Made by a program: the position numbers and the translations under genes. Source: Bacteroidales bacterium UBA6680 (GTDB lineage Bacteria; Bacteroidota; Bacteroidia; Bacteroidales; UBA6680). Taken from it: a stretch of 64,000 nucleotides of DNA. The stretch covers positions 3,784 to 67,783 of the forward strand of contig DKJY01000005.1 in assembly GCA_002454955.1 (NCBI GenBank), read 5' to 3'. A model generated the notes under the pieces. It saw nothing but the letters and a program-made list of their open reading frames with translations, had not been told where the DNA came from and made no database searches. This document shows positions 51,493 through 60,158 of the stretch, piece after piece; the first letter of the stretch is position 1; each line of letters begins with the position of its first letter.

Positions 51493-52485
51493 ATGAAGGA
51501 AGAAATTTTTGTTAGCGGGAGAAATATCCCTGGCATCGATCCGGTTTTAGATATCTGGCATTGGCATATTCCGCTTTACCTTTTTCTTGGGGGGTTAGCA
51601 GCCGGAATAGTTTTCTTCTCGGCTTTGGATTATCTGAGAGGGAGAGAGAATACACATAAAACAACAGTTAAATGGGCACCGTTTCTGGTTCCATTTGTTC
51701 TGGTTATAGGACTTATAGCACTGTTTCTTGATCTTAAGCATAAGTTATACTTCTGGCGACTATATACAACCATACATTTTGAATCGCCAATGAGTTGGGG
51801 AGCGTGGATTCTGATGGCTATTACGCCACTATCTATGTTATGGTGCTTTAGCTACATGCGCGAATATAAAGAGCATATTGCCGGACGTATAAAATTGGTT
51901 GACAGACTCTTTAATTGGGGAGTGAAGGTGCTGTTCCGCTTTAAATTTATAGAGAGATTTGAGCAGTTTGTAATAAAGCAGCGCAAAAACATGGCATATG
52001 TAAATATTGTGTTGAGCATTCTGCTTGGTATATATACCGGAATATTACTATCGGCATTTAATGCACGTCCGTTATGGAATACATCAATTCTGGGACCACT
52101 GTTTCTTGTATCGGGATTATCAACAGCTGCAGCAGCCATAATGTGGATGACAAAAAACAGGGATGAACGCAAACTATATGGACGTATAGACCTGTTACTT
52201 ATTGGTATAGAGATATTCCTTATAATACACATGTTTATGGGGTTCCTTGCAGGTAGCGAGGTTAAGATAGAGGCAGCACAACTATTCCTTGGTGGCGAAT
52301 ATACAGCTGTATTCTGGTCGTTTGTAGTGGTGTTGGGATTAGTTGTTCCGGCAGCGTTTGAGATAATGAAATTACGAGGATTTAAAGTACCTGTTGCAAT
52401 TCCTGCACTTATGATAATTATTGGTGGATTGATATTCCGTTTTATAATGGTTGATGCAGGACAGGTAACCAGATATTTATACTAA
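51493..52485 (+). CDS. psrC: NrfD/PsrC family membrane anchor
   Basis: W.W.I..YLFLGG...G, SPMSWG.W, YTG.LL....RPLW. Confidence 0.85.
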   Translation: MKEEIFVSGRNIPGIDPVLDIWHWHIPLYLFLGGLAAGIVFFSALDYLRGRENTHKTTVKWAPFLVPFVLVIGLIALFLDLKHKLYFWRLYTTIHFESPMSWGAWILMAITPLSMLWCFSYMREYKEHIAGRIKLVDRLFNWGVKVLFRFKFIERFEQFVIKQRKNMAYVNIVLSILLGIYTGILLSAFNARPLWNTSILGPLFLVSGLSTAAAAIMWMTKNRDERKLYGRIDLLLIGIEIFLIIHMFMGFLAGSEVKIEAAQLFLGGEYTAVFWSFVVVLGLVVPAAFEIMKLRGFKVPVAIPALMIIIGGLIFRFIMVDAGQVTRYLY

Positions 52486-52497
52486 AACAGGAGAGTT

Positions 52498-53013
52498 ATG
52501 GAGAGAAGTAAAAAATATATGAATCCGTATCTGGCAGGTTTTCTGTTAGGATTGGTTCTGCTTTCGGCATTTTACTTTACCGGAAGAGGACTTGGAGCCA
52601 GTGGTGCAATAAAGAGCACCATAGTTCAGGCTGTAGATGTTGTTGCTCCTGAACATGCTCAGGAATCGCACTTTTATGGCAAGTACGTTAATAAAGATGA
52701 TTCGCCAATTAAGGCGTGGTTGGTTTTTGAGGTATTAGGAGTGTTTATTGGAGGTATGATATCTGGTGCCATTATGGGACGTTTTAAATGGAAGATAGAG
52801 CACTCGCCAAAGATAACATCTAAAACACGTCTGGTAGCAGCTACAATAGGAGGTATACTGTTTGGTCTGGGCTCACAGCTTGGTCGCGGATGTACATCCG
52901 GTTCGGCACTTAGCGGAATGGCAGTGTTGTCGTTAGGCGGATTCTTGTCTATGATGGCAATATTTGGCACCGGGTATGTTATGGCTTACATTTTCCGTAA
53001 ACTATGGATTTAA
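52498..53013 (+). CDS. YeeE/YedE sulfur-compound transporter family protein (half-size)
   Basis: PY..G..LG, GLGASG, GRGCTSG. Confidence 0.85.
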   Translation: MERSKKYMNPYLAGFLLGLVLLSAFYFTGRGLGASGAIKSTIVQAVDVVAPEHAQESHFYGKYVNKDDSPIKAWLVFEVLGVFIGGMISGAIMGRFKWKIEHSPKITSKTRLVAATIGGILFGLGSQLGRGCTSGSALSGMAVLSLGGFLSMMAIFGTGYVMAYIFRKLWI

Positions 53014-53029
53014 AGAAAGGAGATTAATT

Positions 53030-53647
53030 ATGGGACCATTAGTAGCACAAGATATAATAGGTAGCGAGTGGAATTTCCTTATCGCTCTGTTAATAGGAAT
53101 ATGCTTTGGATTTGTACTGGAGCAGGCCGGATTCTCATCATCTAAAAAGTTGGCCGGGGTATTCTACGGATACGACTTTGTTGTATTGCGCGTATTTTTT
53201 ACAGCAGCAATAACAGCAATGGTAGGGCTAATCTTCTTTGATTACCTTGAGATTATAGATATGTCGCTTGTATATATTAACCCAACATTTCTTTGGAGCA
53301 CGCTTGTTGGCGGTGTGATAATGGGTGTTGGATTTATTCTTGGCGGATTTTGTCCGGGAACAGGAGTATGTGCAGCGGCAATAGGTAAGATAGATGCATG
53401 GTTTTTTATAGGAGGTATCTTTATAGGTATATTCATTTTTGCCGAAGGATATGAGTTACTGTTTGAGAGTCTGCATCTGGGACAAACAGACCCTGAATCG
53501 TATAAAGAGGGATCTAGATATATACAGATATTTAACTCGCTTGGTATAAGCCGAAATATATTTGCTTTTGGAATGATTATTATGGCTCTTGTAGCATTTA
53601 TTGTTACTGCACGTATAGAGAAAGGTGTAAAGAAGCCAAACTATTAA
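53030..53647 (+). CDS. YeeE/YedE sulfur-compound transporter family protein (half-size)
   Basis: G..FGFVLE.AG, GGFCPGT; ATG at 53030. Confidence 0.85.
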   Translation: MGPLVAQDIIGSEWNFLIALLIGICFGFVLEQAGFSSSKKLAGVFYGYDFVVLRVFFTAAITAMVGLIFFDYLEIIDMSLVYINPTFLWSTLVGGVIMGVGFILGGFCPGTGVCAAAIGKIDAWFFIGGIFIGIFIFAEGYELLFESLHLGQTDPESYKEGSRYIQIFNSLGISRNIFAFGMIIMALVAFIVTARIEKGVKKPNY

Positions 53648-53650
53648 ACA

Positions 53651-54271
53651 ATGATTATTATGGATAAACGATATATAATTCCGGCAACTGTACTTGTAAT
53701 CTTAGGGGCTATTATACTATTTCTGCCTCCAAAAGATAATACAAAAACAGAGCTTACTGCAGATCAGTTATATCTTGATATTATTGAATCTACACGGTTT
53801 ATATCAACCGATGAGATTGCAGATATGATTATTAAGCGCGATCCGTCTATTCAGCTTATAGATGTGCGTAGTGCAGAGGAGTATGCTAAATATGCCCTGC
53901 CCGGAGCGTTGAACATTCCGCTAAATGAGATACTTGACGATAAATGGGAGGCTTACCTTGATCAGGAGGCACGAACAAATGTGTTCTACTCAAACGGATC
54001 GTTAAGAGCAGATCAGGCTTGGATACTTTGCCGCCGAAGAGGATTTGTAAACAACACCATTATGGTTGGCGGACTTAACAGTTGGGTTGAGGATATACTA
54101 AAACCTCAGAAACCGGCAGATACCGAAGGAGAGCAGGAATGGGAGATATATAGTTTCCGTGTTGCTGCCAGTCAGTATTTCCTTGGTGGTAATCAGGTTC
54201 AGACATCAGATGTACCAACTGCTGCTCCTGTTGTTAAGCGCAAAAAGAAGATGGTACAAGGAGGTTGTTAA
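53651..54271 (+). CDS. Membrane-anchored rhodanese-like protein with C-terminal KRKKKMVQGGC
   Basis: LIDVRS.EEY..ALPGA.NIP, GG...W; the active-site loop reads FYSNG (no Cys). Confidence 0.85.
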   Translation: MIIMDKRYIIPATVLVILGAIILFLPPKDNTKTELTADQLYLDIIESTRFISTDEIADMIIKRDPSIQLIDVRSAEEYAKYALPGALNIPLNEILDDKWEAYLDQEARTNVFYSNGSLRADQAWILCRRRGFVNNTIMVGGLNSWVEDILKPQKPADTEGEQEWEIYSFRVAASQYFLGGNQVQTSDVPTAAPVVKRKKKMVQGGC

Positions 54272-54287
54272 TGTTAAACTACAGATT

Positions 54288-54896
54288 ATGAATGCAAAAA
54301 AGAGATTAGCAATAGGAAGTGTTCTGTTTGGCGTTATACTTATAGCTGCTGTAGCTTTAACACGCGACAGAGATTATACATTTCAGGTATCAGACAAGGA
54401 GACACTGGGTGCAATAACAGATAAAAGCAACTTTATATCAGAGGCAGAGATGCGCGATATAGTACTTAATAATACAGACAACTATATACTTGTTGATGTA
54501 CGTAATCCGCATGAGTATACTAAAGATCATATTAAAGGTTCTGTGAATATGCCTGCGCGTAATCTGCTATCGGAAGAGTCGCTTGAATTTTTTGGCAATA
54601 CAGACAAAACATGCATAATATATTGTGCCGGAGCAGTAAATACCAATCAGGTATGGATGACTCTTTATCAGTTAGGATATAAGGATATAAGGGCATTTAT
54701 TCCGGGACATACATATATTAAAGAGAAGATATTAAACAATAACAGAGATAATCTGTTACTTGATGGCGAGAAACCACGATACGATTATGCCAAAGAGGCA
54801 ACTCCAAAGGAGGGATCGGCAACAGTGGTAAAAAACGAACCGAAGCGACAACCTATTGTTAAACGCAAGAAGAAAATGGTTGAAGGTGGTTGTTAA
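54288..54896 (+). CDS. Membrane-anchored rhodanese-like protein with C-terminal KRKKKMVEGGC
   Basis: LVDVRNPHEY..DHIKGS.N.P, IYCAG; ATG at 54288. Confidence 0.85.
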   Translation: MNAKKRLAIGSVLFGVILIAAVALTRDRDYTFQVSDKETLGAITDKSNFISEAEMRDIVLNNTDNYILVDVRNPHEYTKDHIKGSVNMPARNLLSEESLEFFGNTDKTCIIYCAGAVNTNQVWMTLYQLGYKDIRAFIPGHTYIKEKILNNNRDNLLLDGEKPRYDYAKEATPKEGSATVVKNEPKRQPIVKRKKKMVEGGC

Positions 54897-55005
54897 AATC
54901 CTGATATAATCAGGTATACGGAATCTTGTTGGTTAACAAACCGATTTTATATTTGAAGTTATTGTAAAAGAGATAAAACTGCAAGATTCTTGTATTGTGT
55001 GATTT

Positions 55006-55032
55006 AAGCCGGTATCTGTTACCGGCTTTTTT
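55006..55032 (+). terminator. Intrinsic terminator after the psr operon
   Basis: aagccggta-tctgt-taccggctt followed by a T-run. Confidence 0.8.
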
Positions 55033-55081
55033 ATTTTATGAGCAGTAATTATATAATCGGTAAAAGTATAATTCCAAAAAC

Positions 55082-55629
55082 CATTTTGCAGACTAAAAAG
55101 TCGCATTGTAATGTCAATTGGCCTCAGCCCTTTTTTAAAAAGATGTAATGTAAAGCCAATCATTGGCAAAGTAACTTAAATCATGTGTATTGCAACTATT
55201 ATCAGAGGCATTGTAAACTATTTTACTGGCAATATATTCTTTATCAATCGCATTGTTATGATAATCAGCCTCAGCCCTTTTCTAAAAAGATGTAATGTAA
55301 AGCCAATCATTGACAACGTAATTTAAATCATGTGCATTGTAACTGTTATCAGAGGCATTGTAAACTATTTTACTGGCAATATATTTTTTTATCAATCGCA
55401 TTGTAATGTTAATTAGCCTCAGCCCTTTTTTAATAAGTGATGATGTAAAGCCAATCATTGGCAAAGTAACTTAAATCATGCGCATTGTAATTGTTATCAG
55501 TCATATTTTAAGTTATATCACGGGCAATGTAACTTTAATCACTCACTGTGCAATATAAATAAGAGGCTAAACATTAATTAATAGCCACAATGTTTTTATA
55601 AGTAGCTGTTCTGTAAACAGATTCTATGG
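55082..55629 (-). repeat. Phased array of 26 degenerate 21-bp units including a 147/148-bp higher-order repeat
   Basis: Reverse-complement homolog of 2039..2353; tcgcattgt recurs at 55101, 55248 and 55396 (7 x 21 bp). Confidence 0.9.
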
Positions 55630-55639
55630 TATTATGTAT

Positions 55640-55673
55640 AAAAGCAGAAGCCGCAACTTTAAGTACGGCTTCG
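55640..55673 (-). terminator. Terminator downstream of the second 214-aa gene
   Basis: gaagccg...cggcttc stem with a T-run on the minus strand; homolog of 1988..2026. Confidence 0.7.
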
Positions 55674-55823
55674 ATTCTTATTCAACACTAACATATCCAG
55701 AATGGTCGATAAGATATTTTAACTCATTAGTTTCTCTTATTTATTAAACGAATATAATAATTAAATAGTTTGTTAAAACACAGATAAATACAGTATTTAG
55801 ATTCAATAAAATATTTGCTGTAT

Positions 55824-56468
55824 TTAACGTACCACTATTCCGAGTTCCTCAAGTAACTGTGGGCTATCTTTAAGCGCAAACTTTGCTATTGTTTTAAGCT
55901 CTTGTATATAATCCTCAAGCTCCTCTACTTTATCCCTCTTTATATTTGTAGAGTTCTCTGCCTGACCTTTTTCTCTATCATATTTTGCTCTTAACAATAT
56001 CAGATTCTCAATATTTGTCTTATACTCCTCTATATCTTCTGTAGTTATATTATACCTGTTCATCTTTGTAATAAAGTCAGGTTCTGTAAGACTCGCTTTA
56101 TATCTCTCCTCTGCCTGTTTCATCCAGCCAAACGTACTAAGCTCTTTTGGTTGATTAAACCCTATTCTGGTGTGCATATCTTTATTACCTTTTACTGCTA
56201 ATCTACCAAAGGTGTTGAATAGTTTAAACTCCTCTAAGCACTCACCCTTTTTGGCAAAGAACTCATCATAGGCTTCCTGTTTCTCCTGATGCTCACGCTT
56301 CTGATCATCAATACTCTTTTGTGTATCGTTATAGAGCGTTATACCTTCGTCTATACGAGCTTCGGTTACACCAAATCTGGCTAAAACATTAAGTATCTCA
56401 GGGTTTTTACAGTTTAGAATAAACTTCTGCACAAATACCATAAAATGTGCTAAGGTTCTTTGTTTCAT
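55824..56468 (-). CDS. Hypothetical 214-aa alpha-helical protein (copy 2)
   Basis: ~88% identical to 1322..1966; the ~140-bp leader 56469..56606 is also homologous to 1183..1321. Confidence 0.9.
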   Translation of the reverse strand: MKQRTLAHFMVFVQKFILNCKNPEILNVLARFGVTEARIDEGITLYNDTQKSIDDQKREHQEKQEAYDEFFAKKGECLEEFKLFNTFGRLAVKGNKDMHTRIGFNQPKELSTFGWMKQAEERYKASLTEPDFITKMNRYNITTEDIEEYKTNIENLILLRAKYDREKGQAENSTNIKRDKVEELEDYIQELKTIAKFALKDSPQLLEELGIVVR

Positions 56469-56809
56469 ATCTAAAAATTTAGTTTAAAAAACATTTATAA
56501 TCAATTTATGACATATAAATACCAAAGTCAATATTTAGAAGAATAATTTTATAAAAAACTGTAGATAAGTTGTATAACAAAATGTAGGGTGTAAAAACAG
56601 GCGTCTGTTTACTATTATAATCAGATGTAGTAAGATGGTATTAATTTATATATTTGTTACACAAACTAACATCATAATAGAGAATGAACCAACCTGAGCT
56701 GTATTACAATAAGATTTTATGATTTACACTGTTAATTTTGTGTATCTGATAAGTGAAACGGGATAAACTATCTATTTGGCGTTTTCGTGTTATGACTAAA
56801 TAAACTGTT

Positions 56810-57265
56810 TTGATGATAGAGGATAGAGAGTTAAGGCGTAAGTTAAAGGATATGTACTATCTGTGCGATGGTTTTTTGTGTAACAACTGCAATGTTGATG
56901 CGGTTATATATATTGTAAAAAAACTGGATGATATTGATAGCTACGGGCAGCGACATTATGCGTTAAATGAGAACTTTTTAGGGTTTAAAAGTGGTGTTCC
57001 GGTTATAAAAGATAGTGAACTGGATTTGATACCAAGAAGCAGAAAAGAGAAGTTTATCAGTACTCTTAAGCTTATTCTGATTATGCCTCTTAAAATCTTA
57101 ATGTTTATTAGCGCACATCGCTATCTCTCTTCACTTTACGGAAAGGATATGGATTACGACTATTTGTATAACGACAAAAAGAGAGAAGTTGCAAGAAATA
57201 TAGTTAACAAAAAGGTGGTAAAGATACTTGAGGTTACATTAAGGTTTATGGATAAGGTGAAATAA
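56810..57265 (+). CDS. Hypothetical protein
   Basis: 151-aa ORF with no recognised motif; start uncertain. Confidence 0.5.
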   Translation: MMIEDRELRRKLKDMYYLCDGFLCNNCNVDAVIYIVKKLDDIDSYGQRHYALNENFLGFKSGVPVIKDSELDLIPRSRKEKFISTLKLILIMPLKILMFISAHRYLSSLYGKDMDYDYLYNDKKREVARNIVNKKVVKILEVTLRFMDKVK

Positions 57266-57385
57266 TAGCACGGATTTTGTTGTTCTATTTTATTGTGATG
57301 GAATCTTTTACCGAACAGTAAGATAAGATTATCAAGTAGCGATTTTGATATATCTACAGCAAGACATTAAGTAATAGTATAAGAT

Positions 57386-57823
57386 ATGGTGTTAAAACAG
57401 TTAATATTGGTATTCGTTTTACTACAAACAGCAACATTAAAGCATATGCAAGAGAAACATGTGAATATTGATGATATTAAACTTTTTCAGAAAAGTATAA
57501 GTTATCCCTATATTGCCACGGATAAAAGAGAGGCAGTAATAATTGACAATATGAATAGGCTAAAGAAGGGGATGAGTATATATCAGGTTATAGAGATACT
57601 TACAGAGCCCGATGAGGTAAACCCTACCTATAAAGCTGTTAAGTCAAAATCCGGAAACAATATTGTAGGATTCTCAGTTGTATACATATTAAAAAGAGCC
57701 CAAAACACCGGCAGTGTAAACAATAAAGCCGAAAAACTAATAAGAATCCACTTTAACATTACAGGAGACCTCACATCTGCCCACACTATAGATATTGATG
57801 GGTTTGAGGCTATAGAGAAGTAA
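57386..57823 (+). CDS. Hypothetical exported protein with a SmpA/OmlA-like motif
   Basis: Hydrophobic N-terminus; LKKGMSIYQVIEILTEPD resembles L..GMS..QV..ILG.P. Confidence 0.55.
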   Translation: MVLKQLILVFVLLQTATLKHMQEKHVNIDDIKLFQKSISYPYIATDKREAVIIDNMNRLKKGMSIYQVIEILTEPDEVNPTYKAVKSKSGNNIVGFSVVYILKRAQNTGSVNNKAEKLIRIHFNITGDLTSAHTIDIDGFEAIEK

Positions 57824-57995
57824 AAGAGGTTATTTACTGTAAGTAGTTTATTAACTATGTTAATTTTCTCTGTTCTAACCAAAGAACACATTAATTAAAG
57901 CTTATGTTAGCTTTTTTCTTCTTGTATTTTTTCTACACCTTACGTGCATGCCCAGTAACTTTAGTATTTTGTTAAAAAACCTTGTTATATGATGT

Positions 57996-58676
57996 TTAAA
58001 ATGAATCTTGAACAGTATAAAATAATCTTCTATATTCTGTAGTAAAAGTCCAAAGCAACTCACATTTTTCGTATCTTAGTTCTTTAAAAATTTTGATATT
58101 ACTTTCATCAACTAATACACTTTCATGCATATGATTGTGTATAAATTGCTTTATTATTCTAACTACATTTTTGTTTTGAGTTTGCAGAAAATCCATTAAA
58201 AAATGTGTACTTATAAATCCTTGAGCAAATTTAATTTCATTCATATAAAAATTGTCAATTAAACTATTTTGGGGTGAACAACTCATCATTAGTATTAACA
58301 ACTTATATTCTTGAGTCGTAAAATTGTTTGTATAATCACCTTCAATTAAAGAGTTAGTTTTTGCTATGCTATTAACCTGAATTTTGGAGTAATTAACTAC
58401 AAATAATATTGAATTAATAATATCTTCTAGTTTTGTCTGGAAATATTCTTTATTACTGTTAATTCTAAATTTATTCAATAGCAAATGAATTCTTCTCTCG
58501 TAAATTTCAACTTTATCAGAATCTACTTTTAAAGAATATACTATATTGAACTTTCCTGGACTAGCAGTACTACGACTTAACTCATTTGCTCTTTTGCTGG
58601 GCGTCTTATGAGTCATCCCAATTTTATAAATGTTATTTTTAAAAAATTTGTTATCAAGAACATATATATATGACAT
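57996..58676 (-). CDS. GIY-YIG (T5orf172-type) domain protein with a C-terminal Rep_3-like winged helix
   Basis: YIYVL....F..NIYKIGMT...P..RA.EL...T..P, E..IH..L...R....EYF; C-terminal KTNSLIE...FTTQEYKLL; ATG at 58676 preceded by GGGAGGT. Confidence 0.8.
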   Translation of the reverse strand: MSYIYVLDNKFFKNNIYKIGMTHKTPSKRANELSRSTASPGKFNIVYSLKVDSDKVEIYERRIHLLLNKFRINSNKEYFQTKLEDIINSILFVVNYSKIQVNSIAKTNSLIEGDYTNNFTTQEYKLLILMMSCSPQNSLIDNFYMNEIKFAQGFISTHFLMDFLQTQNKNVVRIIKQFIHNHMHESVLVDESNIKIFKELRYEKCELLWTFTTEYRRLFYTVQDSF

Positions 58677-58904
58677 GTTTACCTCCCTTTTAAATTTCAC
58701 ATAACGATCTAACTAAGATGAATTGGCTATTTACGAAGCACTAAAGCTTTCAACTCATGACTTAGACAAATCAGTGATTTGAATATGGAGTTTTTTTCTT
58801 TATCCATTGTCAAATCGCAGATTTGGCGGAGTTTGATTACCAAACTGTGCTTCCTAAAAGTTACAAACGCCTATGCTTTAAACTAGAGTGTTGTGTTTAG
58901 TATT

Positions 58905-59657
58905 TTACAATTTAAGTTCTTTTCCAAAATAACCTTTATTCCTGATTTCTGTATATATGTCAAGACCACTAATCCTTTTGTTGTAATCAATAGCTTTTTG
59001 AGTTGGGAGGGGACTTATTCTAATACCATGTAAGTAAGCTTCATAAAAACAATATTCTTGATTAGTTGAAAGCTCAGTTAGAGATGCTAATGCAACATAT
59101 TTATTAGGTCGTTCTGAAACTAAAAGTTTTAATATTTCTATATGACTTTGTTTTGCCGCTTTTTGTCCTACCAAAGAACCTCCAACTTGATTCCAAATAG
59201 GAAATCTACCAAAGTTTAATTTAAAACTTTCAATCAGAAGTCCTTCCATTTTTTGAATGGATTTACGCCCTTCATTGCCAAGGATTTTCGACAGTTCTTC
59301 CTCCTCAAATGAATTGGAATATTTCTTTTTTTCTCTGTGATTTATTGGTTGCGATAATGCAGACTGTAACATGATTGTAAAGCCTAAATACTCATTTTCA
59401 TCAAAGTAATCTTTTATTTTATCCTTCTTGCAACTACTTGCGGAGCATTCAATTAAATCATTATGTTGTTTAAACCTTTCAATTAGATTAACTGCCAAAC
59501 CGATATATAGAATCTCTTTAGTTTGGTAATTCCAGTAACAATAAATTCCTGCTGTAGACCAATCTGTAGGATTATCGTATATCAATTTTTCAAGAGCGTT
59601 TGCAATTTCTTCTTGCTGTTTTTTTTTATATTTTTCAAGCACAATAGTACCTAACAT
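58905..59657 (-). CDS. GIY-YIG nuclease-family protein
   Basis: AGIYCYWN....EILYIGLA.NL.ERF.QH, later E..LI and P.WN. Confidence 0.75.
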   Translation of the reverse strand: MLGTIVLEKYKKKQQEEIANALEKLIYDNPTDWSTAGIYCYWNYQTKEILYIGLAVNLIERFKQHNDLIECSASSCKKDKIKDYFDENEYLGFTIMLQSALSQPINHREKKKYSNSFEEEELSKILGNEGRKSIQKMEGLLIESFKLNFGRFPIWNQVGGSLVGQKAAKQSHIEILKLLVSERPNKYVALASLTELSTNQEYCFYEAYLHGIRISPLPTQKAIDYNKRISGLDIYTEIRNKGYFGKELKL

Positions 59658-59814
59658 ATATTAAAGGAATTTGTATTAAACACAACGTTTGGATAAATCA
59701 ACCAGTTCAGTTTACCAAATCAATACGTATGGTTGTTTTATACTACTGACAAATGTAATTAATATTTGTTATAGCCCTTTATTTAAATAGTGTTTTGTTT
59801 TAGGATAAACCAGT

Positions 59815-59962
59815 TTATAGGAAAATGTTATTAAAGCTTGTGCAATCTTGGGGGAGGAGTATATTGTGCGGTTGCAGCATATTTTGTATTTCGAGGTACG
59901 AGTTATAGCTAACCTGATACTGCACACGATAATGTTATTAAAGCTCGCACCAATTGGGTATA
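59815..59962 (-). repeat. Diverged ~1.3-copy remnant of the 106-bp repeat
   Basis: Minus strand reads tatacccaattggtgcgagctttaataacattatcgtgtgcagtatcaggttagctataactcgtacctcgaaatacaaaata...; same 5' boundary (tataccca) as the array at 579. Confidence 0.9.
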
Positions 59963-60158
59963 TACATTGTAATCATTGTGCAAAATGTGTATAGAGATTA
60001 CAACAACAGACTATCTGTGGCTGTGGCCACGTATCGCCATACGTGGATTCTGTTACGGATATGTTCTGCTGAGCTGTTAGAGGCGCAGTGTGAGATTTAC
60101 AGCTAACGTCTGTTTACTCAATTATATGTTGTATGTTATTTATTCTTTCGGTTCTAAA

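Noticed and set aside
2430-53436. Numerous 60-180-aa antisense or alternate-frame ORFs in the track (e.g. 8515..9003, 10768..11304, 51852..52232)
   Set aside because: They are shadows of well-supported genes and carry no recognisable motifs.
56602-60118. 12-bp direct repeat CGTCTGTTTACT at 56602 and 60107 as a target-site duplication
   Set aside because: 12-bp matches are expected by chance in 64 kb of AT-rich DNA, and the repeats enclose the array remnant rather than only the insert. The coincidence with the homology breakpoint is noted but insufficient.
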